Notes: a model not told the origin generated them from the sequence alone. A DNA stretch of 64,000 bases from an uncultured virus (IMG/VR IMGVR_UViG_3300032282_002939) (IMGVR_UViG_3300032282_002939:1-64000); one strand, 5' to 3'; positions 18,303 to 25,999 are shown, counted from the stretch's first letter. Numbers and translations are program-made.

Positions 18303-18773
18303 TTAGAAACGGAAGTTTACGCCTAATGTAAAGCTATTATCTCCTGCTTTACGAAAGGCGTTTGCTCTAAACGTATCAGTATATCGATAACGAGTATCAA
18401 GCTCAACATTATCACTTACAGCAACCCTTAGACCTCCTCCTACGTTATAAGCCATTTCAGATTGTGTTCCTACGACAGAAATACCAGTACCAGCAAGAAC
18501 GTAAGGTGTAAATGGTGTTCCTGTTGGATATTGAACAATCGCATTAACCATGACATTATTCATTGAACGGTCAAATTTGCGATAATCATAGGTAAGCTCA
18601 CCACGAACAAATGGTGAAATCTGATAGCCCGTATTGAAACCTAAATCAACACGTTGTTTATTATTAATCGTTGTTCCAACATTTCCTCCAACGTAAAAAC
18701 CTGTATCGTCAGCAGCCTTTACAGCAGTAAATGTTGATAGAGTTAGAATAGCAGCAAGAATAATTTTTTTCAT
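18303..18773 (-). CDS. Outer-membrane beta-barrel protein (OmpA/Omp25-like) with signal peptide
   Basis: MKKIILAA..AVKA signal, GFYVGGNVG, TPYVLAGTG, C-terminal LGVNFRF; AGGAG RBS. Confidence 0.88.
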   Translation of the reverse strand: MKKIILAAILTLSTFTAVKAADDTGFYVGGNVGTTINNKQRVDLGFNTGYQISPFVRGELTYDYRKFDRSMNNVMVNAIVQYPTGTPFTPYVLAGTGISVVGTQSEMAYNVGGGLRVAVSDNVELDTRYRYTDTFRANAFRKAGDNSFTLGVNFRF

Positions 18774-18792
18774 ATTGTCTCCTATTAATAAA

Positions 18793-18869
18793 TGGTACCG
18801 GTAGTCGGATTTGAACCAACACTGAGCAGGTTTTGAATCTGCTGCCTCTGCCAATTGGGCTATACCGGC
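18793..18869 (-). tRNA. tRNA-Leu(CAA), short variable loop
   Basis: GCCGGTA/TACCGGT; loop TTCAAAA; CCA. Confidence 0.88.
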
Positions 18870-18872
18870 ATA

Positions 18873-18948
18873 TGGAAGCCCCTTCTGGGATCGAACCAGA
18901 AACCCACAGATTCAAAGTCTGTTGCTCTGCCAATTGAGCTAAGGAGCT
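18873..18948 (-). tRNA. tRNA-Gln(UUG)
   Basis: AGCTCCT/AGGGGCT; ACAGA-CTTTGAA-TCTGT; CCA. Confidence 0.9.
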
Positions 18949-18950
18949 AG

Positions 18951-19036
18951 TGGCGGAAGTTGATAGCATCGAACTATTGACCTTTCGGCCACCCTGGTTT
19001 TCAAGACCAGATGAGGAGCCAACCTCGGCAACTTCC
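18951..19036 (-). tRNA. tRNA-Ser(UGA) with 8/4 acceptor/T-stem fold
   Basis: GGAAGTTG/CAACTTCC 8 bp; T stem ATAG/CTAT; CTGGT-CTTGAAA-ACCAG; variable arm; G73-CCA. Confidence 0.85.
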
Positions 19037-19042
19037 AATTAA

Positions 19043-19654
19043 TTAAGTTCTGTAAGACCAGACTACTTCTGGAATTTCAGACATTTCTTTATGTTGTTTA
19101 GTAGTAAACCAACAAGTGGATGGGAATACCTGAACTTTTTCTTTAGAAAGAAGTCCATTTACTGCACGAATGATGCCTGGATATGGTTGAGCATAATCAT
19201 GACCACCAAAAAGACCACCAATTTTTACTTTTGGAAACCAAGCAGTGATATCTTTCTTGATGGATTCATAATCATGCGAAGCATCAATAAAAACGAAATC
19301 CAAACTTTCATCTTGATAAAGACTCGCTGTCTCAGCACTATCTCCTTGAATGGCAGTATAATGCCCTTCAACTGGCTTCATATTATTCACAAAAACATCA
19401 TACAGTCGTCCAGCTTGATTGTCTCTATCAAGCATTTGCCCAGGCTCAATCACAGAACCTGTAAAATTATCAATACAATCTAGTTTGATTTTCTTGCCAC
19501 TATTTATAATTTCGACAGCAAGAAATGCAGAACTTTGTCCTTTCCATGTTCCAATTTCTACAAAATGTGCTTCCTGTGGAGCATGTTGTACTGCATATGC
19601 AAACATGTCTGGATAATTGAACCAACCTTCTACTTTTTGATAAAAATGTTCCAT
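19043..19654 (-). CDS. Class I SAM-dependent methyltransferase (Methyltransf_24-like)
   Basis: VEIGTWKGQS, IDNF, GDS, DFVFIDASHDY, GGHDY. Confidence 0.9.
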   Translation of the reverse strand: MEHFYQKVEGWFNYPDMFAYAVQHAPQEAHFVEIGTWKGQSSAFLAVEIINSGKKIKLDCIDNFTGSVIEPGQMLDRDNQAGRLYDVFVNNMKPVEGHYTAIQGDSAETASLYQDESLDFVFIDASHDYESIKKDITAWFPKVKIGGLFGGHDYAQPYPGIIRAVNGLLSKEKVQVFPSTCWFTTKQHKEMSEIPEVVWSYRT

Positions 19655-19664
19655 ATTAATTTCC

Positions 19665-20345
19665 TTAATCAGTGTCCATTACAATATCACCAGAAACAGC
19701 AATTCTATATTCATCTGATGTATAGAATGGATTTACAGAATGCCCTAGACCTTTTGGAAATAGACAAATAATTCCTTCATAAGAGTGGTCTACTGGGACT
19801 GGATGACTTCTAACTTGACCAAGAATATCAGTGTAATAGAATGTGAACATAGAAGCGCATTTATATGTAGCATTAGGAAATACTGCAATTTCATCTTCTA
19901 CATTATATGGAATTCTTGTCCAGATAACAAACGAATAAACCCCGCCATGAATATGGTGAGGATGGAATTCGTGTTTCTTTTGAAAATTTGCCCAAACATC
20001 TTTAAATTTAAAATTTCTTGGATGTGAAGCAACATTTACAACTTGACCAACATGGTGTGGTTGAGAACGCTGATCATGAACGGCTATCAAACTATTGATA
20101 TAATCCAAAAGAACCGGAGCCAATTCTACTGTAAAATCATATTCCCTCTGAATATTAGCAGTAATATGTTTTTCAACAGCGCCTTCGAAATTTTTAGCAA
20201 CAGCTCCATCTGTAACTTCATGAACCTTATTCATGATATCATCAGGAACTCTACTAAAAAGTACTCCACTATTTGGAAACGTATAGAATACAGCTTGATC
20301 GCTTGTTAGATTTGAAATTTGATCTGCCATAGTTTTATCTTTCAT
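19665..20345 (-). CDS. 2OG-Fe(II) oxygenase-like protein
   Basis: WANFQKKHEFHPHH.H.GVYSFVIW, FP..L.HSV.PF, RIAVSG. Confidence 0.85.
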   Translation of the reverse strand: MKDKTMADQISNLTSDQAVFYTFPNSGVLFSRVPDDIMNKVHEVTDGAVAKNFEGAVEKHITANIQREYDFTVELAPVLLDYINSLIAVHDQRSQPHHVGQVVNVASHPRNFKFKDVWANFQKKHEFHPHHIHGGVYSFVIWTRIPYNVEDEIAVFPNATYKCASMFTFYYTDILGQVRSHPVPVDHSYEGIICLFPKGLGHSVNPFYTSDEYRIAVSGDIVMDTD

Positions 20346-20363
20346 CAATTAACATTAAAAATT

Positions 20364-20445
20364 TGGAGCGGACAGGGAGAGTCGAACTCCGCCCTTTCGG
20401 ATCAGCTTGGAAGGCTGTTGGTGGCCCCTTCACCTGTCTGTCCGC
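20364..20445 (-). tRNA. Atypical tRNA-Gly(UCC): 8/4 fold with variable-arm hairpin
   Basis: GCGGACAG/CTGTCCGC; D stem GGTG/CACC; CAGC-CTTCCAA-GCTG; TCC-GAAA-GGG; GGAG-TTCGACT-CTCC; U73-CCA. Confidence 0.8.
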
Positions 20446-20449
20446 AGAA

Positions 20450-20600
20450 TATTGAGTATTGATTTGCTACGCTGGCTCAATTACTCAAAGCCTCGATAGA
20501 TCTATGCTTACATAGACTCAAAAAGCTGAACCTCACGAATTGGCTCGAATGAAGTTTGAAATCACGACGACCGGGTAATTCCCAATCGTATTCAAATCTT
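20450..20600 (-). ncRNA. Candidate structured RNA A
   Basis: No long ORF; stems TTTGAA/TTCAAA, ACGAT/GTCGT, CTATG/CATAG, TTGAGTA/TACTCAA; preceded by TATAAATA. Confidence 0.5.
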
Positions 20601-20607
20601 ACACTGG

Positions 20608-20615
20608 TATTTATA
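20608..20615 (-). promoter_or_regulatory. T4-type late promoter
   Basis: TATAAATA. Confidence 0.7.
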
Positions 20616-20616
20616 T

Positions 20617-20694
20617 TGGTGCCCCAAACGAGACTCGAACTCGCATCTCACAGGTTGAAAGCCTGTTGCTCTATTCCAATTAAGCTATTGGGGC
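20617..20694 (-). tRNA. tRNA-Glu(UUC)
   Basis: GCCCCAA/TTGGGGC; ACAGG-CTTTCAA-CCTGT; CCA. Confidence 0.88.
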
Positions 20695-20699
20695 TTAAT

Positions 20700-20862
20700 T
20701 GCCCGACTCACTACGTATTGGGTTAGGACTTGTCGAGTGTAAGGAATCTCGACCAACACCAGCATCAAAGACCAAAGCCCTGTAAACCATGGGTGGGTTT
20801 ATCGGTTTTACCAACAGTCATTTTGAAGTCGGGTACCCCATTTGCTCCGACTAGTCTTTGAA
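20700..20862 (-). ncRNA. Candidate structured RNA B
   Basis: TCAAAGAC/GTCTTTGA closing stem around AGTCGG/CCGACT, TTGGT/ACCGA and TAAACC/GGTTTA; then GTCGAG/CTCGAC. Confidence 0.55.
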
Positions 20863-20864
20863 AA

Positions 20865-20939
20865 TGGTGCCCACGGAGAGATTTGAACTCCCAACCTACT
20901 GATTACAAATCAGTTGCACTACCGTTGTGCTACATGGGC
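20865..20939 (-). tRNA. tRNA-Thr(UGU)
   Basis: GCCCATG/CGTGGGC; CTGA-TTTGTAA-TCAG; CCA. Confidence 0.92.
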
Positions 20940-20942
20940 AAA

Positions 20943-21018
<76 letters not shown>

Positions 21019-21023
21019 ATAAT

Positions 21024-21101
21024 TGGTAGCGAGGGTAGGATTCGAACCTACGACCTTCTGGGTATGAACCAGACGAGCTAACCAGACTGATCTACCCGTC
21101 C
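21024..21101 (-). tRNA. tRNA-Met(CAU), fMet-like body, mispaired acceptor stem
   Basis: TCTGG-TTCATAC-CCAGA; GTAGG-TTCGAAT-CCTAC; CCA; 5' GGACGGG versus 3' CCTCGCT. Confidence 0.7.
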
Positions 21102-21110
21102 GTATATGAA

Positions 21111-21186
21111 TATCATCGTATAGGATTTGCACCTATCTCTCATCTCATTCCGCAGATGTGTCCTAACTTATAGACGAACGATGATA
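21111..21186 (-). ncRNA. tRNA-like element with 8-nt anticodon loop and no CCA
   Basis: TATCATCGT/ACGATGATA; D-like arm; CATCT-GCGGAATG-AGATG; ATAGG-TGCAAAT-CCTAT. Confidence 0.65.
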
Positions 21187-21194
21187 ACTGTATT

Positions 21195-21310
21195 CTTTAC
21201 ACCTTATCGGTTTAGCCCTTTAGCTAATGAAGTCAGCAATCCGATATTCGCAAGCATTCCCTTCTGTTAGTCTTGCTAGGTCTCTCCTGCGTATCTAGAA
21301 AGCAGGATAA
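21195..21310 (-). ncRNA. Candidate structured RNA C
   Basis: Stems TCCTGC/GCAGGA, GCAAG/CTTGC, TATCGG/CCGATA enclosing TTAGC/GCTAA. Confidence 0.45.
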
Positions 21311-21312
21311 TT

Positions 21313-21390
21313 TGGCGCTCCGCGTCGGACTCGAACCGACATTGCACTCATTGAAAGCGAGGGTTCCTATTCCAATTAGAAGAACGGAGC
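21313..21390 (-). tRNA. Second tRNA-Glu(UUC)
   Basis: GCTCCGT/GCGGAGC; CTCG-CTTTCAA-TGAG; CCA. Confidence 0.85.
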
Positions 21391-21441
21391 AAAACTTCGG
21401 ACCCGTAACTTGTTAAGACGCCACGGAGTCACGGGCGCAAA

Positions 21442-21515
21442 TGGTTGTCCCTACTGGTATCGATCCAGTGTCTCCGTCTTATCAGGACGATGCTCTGCCT
21501 CTGAGCTACCGGTCC
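21442..21515 (-). tRNA. tRNA-Ile(GAU) with mispaired acceptor stem
   Basis: GCTC/GAGC D stem; CGTC-CTGATAA-GACG; ACTGG-ATCGATA-CCAGT; CCA; 5' GGACCGG versus 3' AGGGACA. Confidence 0.65.
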
Positions 21516-21522
21516 AGAATCT

Positions 21523-21538
21523 GGGAGCTTTCGCTCCC
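21523..21538 (-). other. GC-rich GNRA hairpin ahead of the tRNA cluster (no U tract on the - strand)
   Basis: GGGAGC-GAAA-GCTCCC. Confidence 0.6.
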
Positions 21539-21543
21539 TTATT

Positions 21544-21801
21544 TTAGCGAGAAGAAGCTAGTGCCTTATAACCAGCAGCAATAACTTCACGAGAAGGCTG
21601 ACCAAGGAAATACTTATTAGTCACGCGACCCTTTGAGTCAACACATTCACGCTGATTGATAGGCCAACCAGACATACGAAGCTGATAAACAGCATCATAT
21701 GGATTTGCAATACTAAACCGAGAACGGATTTGCTTTGCTGTTAGCCAATCGCCCTTAACAACTAGGGCATCGAATACACGCTTCGCTTGATTTGTCATCA
21801 T
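21544..21801 (-). CDS. Small winged-helix-like DNA-binding protein
   Basis: LTAKQIRSRF.IANP...V..LR..G and LG.PSREVIAAGY; AAGGAG RBS. Confidence 0.78.
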   Translation of the reverse strand: MMTNQAKRVFDALVVKGDWLTAKQIRSRFSIANPYDAVYQLRMSGWPINQRECVDSKGRVTNKYFLGQPSREVIAAGYKALASSR

Positions 21802-21820
21802 ATTTTCATACTCCTTTAAA

Positions 21821-22000
21821 TTATAAAATATCAACAAGTCTACCGTTAGTATCCACTGCACGAATTCTCCGTTCCGGAAAGTTTTCTTGCAGCTCACGCA
21901 TTGCAGAAGAAACCATAAAACTATTGTTAATAGTTCTCCGATAAGTCCTCCACAAACCAGAAGAATCCAAAGATTGAATATCGATCATATCTTCCATCAT
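21821..22000 (-). CDS. Hypothetical 59-aa protein (not in ORF track)
   Basis: GAGGAGG RBS; MMEDMIDIQSLDSSGLWRTY...RIRAVDTNGRLVDIL. Confidence 0.7.
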   Translation of the reverse strand: MMEDMIDIQSLDSSGLWRTYRRTINNSFMVSSAMRELQENFPERRIRAVDTNGRLVDIL

Positions 22001-22027
22001 TGTATCCTCCTCAATTTCAACACCATT

Positions 22028-22056
22028 AGTATAGCCTATAATTTGGTCTAGGTCAA
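22028..22056 (-). promoter_or_regulatory. Sigma70-type promoter
   Basis: TTGACC-17 nt-TATACT, same hexamers as 3977-4005. Confidence 0.75.
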
Positions 22057-22242
22057 GCTTTTATTGAAGGCTTCTTCAATTTTTTTCTTGAGATTTTCTT
22101 TTTCTTCTTCTATCTTTTTGTTTAGCTGCAAACAAGCTCTGTAGTTTGAAGATATTTTCTTTTCTATCAACATCTCTGCTTTTAAACCTGTTAAGAAATC
22201 AATAGACTCAACAATCTCATTTATCAGCTGCTTCGATATCAT
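22048..22242 (-). CDS. Hypothetical protein
   Basis: 64-aa ORF in operon. Confidence 0.55.
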   Translation of the reverse strand: MISKQLINEIVESIDFLTGLKAEMLIEKKISSNYRACLQLNKKIEEEKENLKKKIEEAFNKSLT

Positions 22243-22573
22243 CCAAACCCCCCAAATCTAGATTATCAACGATTATATATTTTGAATCTTTATCAATGTT
22301 TGAATAGGCTTCAAGAATATGTCTAACTTGAAACAGTTGTTTCATAACTATAGCTATAGTGTCTTGGACAATTTTATCGTTTTTTCCATCTTGTAGATCT
22401 GTAAGAGCAGAATCTAGATTTGAGTCCACAGCTCTATCAATTTGAATTTTAAACAATTTGCCTTGATTGTCTAAGGTTTCTTGAGTTTCTAATTCTGGAA
22501 ACAGAATACTTTTTATTTTTTCCAGTCTGATTTCATCTGGAGTCTTATCTCTTTTTTTTAACCAAGAAAACAT
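22217..22573 (-). CDS. Hypothetical protein
   Basis: 118-aa ORF in operon. Confidence 0.65.
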   Translation of the reverse strand: MFSWLKKRDKTPDEIRLEKIKSILFPELETQETLDNQGKLFKIQIDRAVDSNLDSALTDLQDGKNDKIVQDTIAIVMKQLFQVRHILEAYSNIDKDSKYIIVDNLDLGGLDDIEAADK

Positions 22574-22590
22574 AATATAAACCCTTCAAA

Positions 22591-22983
22591 TTATTTCTTT
22601 TTACGACCCATATTATATTTGGTTTCTAGAATCCACTCAATTTTTTCTTTATGGTTAAGAATTTTAATTTGATTCATTGATGCCAGAGGAGAACTAATTT
22701 CTTCCGAATTGACAACTGTCAATAAACCCCATTCTTTTAACAATTCAACAATTTTGTTTCGCCTTGCTTTATCTTCTTCGGTAAAATTAGAAGGTTTACC
22801 ATCAATAGCAAACATTTCTTTAAAATGAACAATATAATATTTCCCTTGTTTATGGAAAATATGGCATGATTGGAATAATCTTTTCTCTTTTCTTGAAGCA
22901 ACACCAATTCTAGTTAATGTTTCTTTAATTTTTAAGAAATCTTCCTCCTCTGCAATCTTCACTTCGATTAAATTTTCTATCAT
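22591..22983 (-). CDS. regA: RegA translational repressor
   Basis: DFLKIKETLTRIGVAS, QSCHI.HKQGKYYIVHFKE; position after gene 62. Confidence 0.95.
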   Translation of the reverse strand: MIENLIEVKIAEEEDFLKIKETLTRIGVASRKEKRLFQSCHIFHKQGKYYIVHFKEMFAIDGKPSNFTEEDKARRNKIVELLKEWGLLTVVNSEEISSPLASMNQIKILNHKEKIEWILETKYNMGRKKK

Positions 22984-23465
22984 TTAACCCCACCTTTTTC
23001 TTGTTTTTTTCTAATAAACTCAATCTGTTCCTTTGTAAGAATTTTTAGAACTTCTTTGCTTCTCACAATATTGTATTTATAATATTCTGAAATTAGTTCT
23101 ATTAATTTTTCTTCTTCTTTACGCCGGTCCAGTTCTTCCTGGGGTGTCTTTTTACTGAAGCGTTTATGTTTACGAACAGAATAAAAAAGATAATCGTATT
23201 GCATCTGGAACGGAAGATGATACATCATATTAACAATATTAGCATCAAATACCGTTTCTGGGTAATTAGATAGGATATTATTTGTTCTCCAAGGATTATA
23301 TTTCTCATCTTGATCGGAAAGGATCAAACGCTCCTTTCCGGTATTGATGCTGTTTTCGTACCTCCAATCATATCTTTTATCTGTTGTTTGTTTCTTTTCT
23401 ACAGAAGGCTCTTCTCGATCTTCAAGAAGAACATTAACAAATTTCTTTTTTACAGGAACTCGCAT
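22980..23465 (-). CDS. 62: Clamp loader small subunit gp62
   Basis: MQYDYL..SVRK.KRF, YYKYN...KE.LKILT.EQ; synteny. Confidence 0.85.
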   Translation of the reverse strand: MRVPVKKKFVNVLLEDREEPSVEKKQTTDKRYDWRYENSINTGKERLILSDQDEKYNPWRTNNILSNYPETVFDANIVNMMYHLPFQMQYDYLFYSVRKHKRFSKKTPQEELDRRKEEEKLIELISEYYKYNIVRSKEVLKILTKEQIEFIRKKQEKGGVK

Positions 23466-24388
23466 TCTTGCATTACCTTCAGGAGAAAAGCTACAAAATT
23501 AATCTCTTGATTGGCCACAAACGCATTTTGATATTGATATGTAGCAACCTCAAGAATCAAAACGGGAACGCTTGATTTTGCAAAATAGTCATATGCAGTT
23601 TCGTAGAACTCTGTATATAGATCAGAAACATCTGAATCCATATTGTTCTTGACCCATTTACGAACTTCTGTTAGATTTTTATCCTTCATGAATTGAATCA
23701 ATTCCTTAAGATTAGTTTCTCGCATATTAGCAAGAATACCAGAATCGATCTTACCGGTGGCTGAATATCTCTGAAGCTCATTGATAACACGGCGCCAATC
23801 TGGAAAATATTTATTGATTAGTTCCGCTACTACAGGCTTTTCATATTGGACGTTTTCTTTGTCGAGAATATAGAGAATTCTCTTCATAAATTGGGAAGCT
23901 AACTTCGCCATGTCCTTTTTTGAAATATTAAAATCAATAACAGAACACCTAGAATGTAGGGGCGAGATTAGCTTATTCTTATAATTACAAGTCAGAATAA
24001 ACCCACAATTCCGAGAAAACTCCTCCATAAAATTGCGAAGAGCAGGTTGTGTTGAGTTTGGATTAAGGTAATCCGCCTCGTCAAGAATTACATATTTACG
24101 ACCACCAGAAAGGGAAACGCTCGAGGCGAAAGTTTGAATTTCATTCCTAAGCGTATCAATGTTTCTATCTTTTGAACCGTTGATGATGATATAATCACAA
24201 CCAATTTGTTCTAACATAGCACGAGCAACTGTGGTTTTACCCACACCTGCAGAGCCAGTCAAAAGGAGATTTGGAATATTTTTCTGATCGACAAATTGTT
24301 GAAACACAACTTTCAAATTTGTAGGAAGAATAGTATCTTCAATAGTTTTTGGCCTATAAACTTCAACCCAAAGAAAATCTTCAATCAT
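23450..24388 (-). CDS. 44: Clamp loader large subunit gp44
   Basis: LWVE.YRP, GSAGVGKTT, ILDEAD, LHSRC. Confidence 0.95.
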   Translation of the reverse strand: MIEDFLWVEVYRPKTIEDTILPTNLKVVFQQFVDQKNIPNLLLTGSAGVGKTTVARAMLEQIGCDYIIINGSKDRNIDTLRNEIQTFASSVSLSGGRKYVILDEADYLNPNSTQPALRNFMEEFSRNCGFILTCNYKNKLISPLHSRCSVIDFNISKKDMAKLASQFMKRILYILDKENVQYEKPVVAELINKYFPDWRRVINELQRYSATGKIDSGILANMRETNLKELIQFMKDKNLTEVRKWVKNNMDSDVSDLYTEFYETAYDYFAKSSVPVLILEVATYQYQNAFVANQEINFVAFLLKVMQECEFL

Positions 24389-24404
24389 TTTATATCTCCA
24401 TAAC

Positions 24405-24431
24405 GAAAAGAAATGGGGGAATTACCCCCAC
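24405..24431 (-). terminator. Intrinsic terminator-like hairpin after gene 45
   Basis: TGGGGG-TAATT-CCCCCA followed by TTTCTTTT. Confidence 0.6.
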
Positions 24432-24434
24432 ATA

Positions 24435-25088
24435 TTAAAATTCAGAGTTGCTTTCTACTGCAATCCAGTATTCAGCTTCCTTTCCAACAAAATGTGAAAT
24501 TCCCCTAGAACAAATAGATACCTGATAATCACCAGGAAGAATTTTAATATTGTCAGATTTAAAAATCGCTTTGAAAATTTTGTCAGTTTCTCCAATATCG
24601 ATTGAAAAATAATCTTCTGTAGTATTTTTAGTATCTGCTGCTTGTAGAGCAATAACATTTTCAGCTCCAAGAATAACCAGTTCTGGCAAACCAAGAACTC
24701 CAAGAGCTTTTTCAACATCCTTTAGATGATCGTTTGATAGAAAAAACGAGGCATCAATTGATGGGAGAACTAGATCTTTTTCTGGAGACTTTTTAATTGT
24801 GCTTTCGTCAGCATAAGCATAATTTGTTGTCCTTTTTCCATCTGTAATCTTAACAGATTTTTCCCCAAAAATTAGCTCTGGATCGGAAAAAAGACTTAGG
24901 ATTGAAATGAACCGATCTAAATTATAGATAGCAAAACGATTAGGAAATGCAGTGCTAACTACTGCCTTTGCCATGATTGTTTTTGCTGGAGAAATAGTTT
25001 TAATCACATTTCCTTCTTCAATCAAGATAGAAGGATTAATTTTCGCGAAATTCTTTAGAACATTGATAGTGTTTGTGTCGATTTTCAT
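24435..25088 (-). CDS. 45: Sliding clamp gp45
   Basis: LKNFAKINPSI, FAIYNL..F, KILPGDY.V, YWIA.E. Confidence 0.93.
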   Translation of the reverse strand: MKIDTNTINVLKNFAKINPSILIEEGNVIKTISPAKTIMAKAVVSTAFPNRFAIYNLDRFISILSLFSDPELIFGEKSVKITDGKRTTNYAYADESTIKKSPEKDLVLPSIDASFFLSNDHLKDVEKALGVLGLPELVILGAENVIALQAADTKNTTEDYFSIDIGETDKIFKAIFKSDNIKILPGDYQVSICSRGISHFVGKEAEYWIAVESNSEF

Positions 25089-25103
25089 AATATATCTCCT
25101 AGT

Positions 25104-25955
25104 TTATTTTCTTTTACCACCAAGTTGAGAAGGATCGGCTGTGGCGGAAACGCCGATAGAAGCCAAGTCTGCCAGAGAACCACCAAAGATATAGCTACCA
25201 ACGTGATTCATTTTCATCCAAGGACATAGCCAAGTACGTAGTCCAATTTCTTGTGCTTTTTGACAGAACCAATAATCTTCTGATAGATAACGCTTTGATA
25301 CTGGATCAACTTCTGCCTGAAAGAACATCATAATTTCACGCGAACCATCAAAATGTTCTGTGCGAACGTGATCTGGTTTGTACATATACTGTTGATATGA
25401 ATCAAAGAATTTCTGCATAGCGTTCTTTGTTACCATCATGAATCCAGTACCAATTTCAAGAACTTCACAAGGATCGCTGATGGCGATTTGAGATTGACCT
25501 GATTTGGGATTAAAAACATAATCACCAACAAAACGCTCAAGAACATTTGGGTCTTGGTCTGCAATACCCTTATCTACAGCAACTTTAATTTTTTCCCATG
25601 AAATACATTTTTTAGGATATGGACCACCAATAATATCATATTTCTCTGGTTCCATAGTTTGTAGAGCCATTAGTGCAATGACATCTTGTGCATTGAATCC
25701 AATGTCAGAATCGATAAACATTAGATGTGTTGCATCAGAACGCATAAACTCATCACAACAATAATTTCGAGCACGAGTAATCAGTGATTCATTAAAGAGA
25801 AAATAGAATTGTAGTGGAATACCATATTGAGCACATGTGGCTGATAGATCAGAAATAGACCTAGCAAACATACCAGCACATTGACCACCATACATTGGGG
25901 TCGCCACAAACAATTTACCTTTTCTTAGTTCTTCTACAGATACATTAATTTCCAT
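25104..25955 (-). CDS. GT-A fold glycosyltransferase-like protein
   Basis: FVATPMYGG, NESLITRARN, FIDSDI (DxD), GTGFM, YLSEDYWFC, H.G. Confidence 0.75.
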   Translation of the reverse strand: MEINVSVEELRKGKLFVATPMYGGQCAGMFARSISDLSATCAQYGIPLQFYFLFNESLITRARNYCCDEFMRSDATHLMFIDSDIGFNAQDVIALMALQTMEPEKYDIIGGPYPKKCISWEKIKVAVDKGIADQDPNVLERFVGDYVFNPKSGQSQIAISDPCEVLEIGTGFMMVTKNAMQKFFDSYQQYMYKPDHVRTEHFDGSREIMMFFQAEVDPVSKRYLSEDYWFCQKAQEIGLRTWLCPWMKMNHVGSYIFGGSLADLASIGVSATADPSQLGGKRK

Positions 25956-25999
25956 CTTTTAATCATCCTTTGTAATTGTGTATAAGTCAAGCTTTTTAT

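Noticed and set aside
18951..19036. Selenocysteine or opal-suppressor tRNA
   Set aside because: The anticodon reads TGA (decodes Ser UCA), not TCA; TGA is used as a normal stop codon in this window
18774..19038. ORF 18709-19038 and the 5' extension of the OMP ORF to 18854
   Set aside because: They run through three tRNA genes; the OMP has a clear RBS and signal peptide starting at 18773
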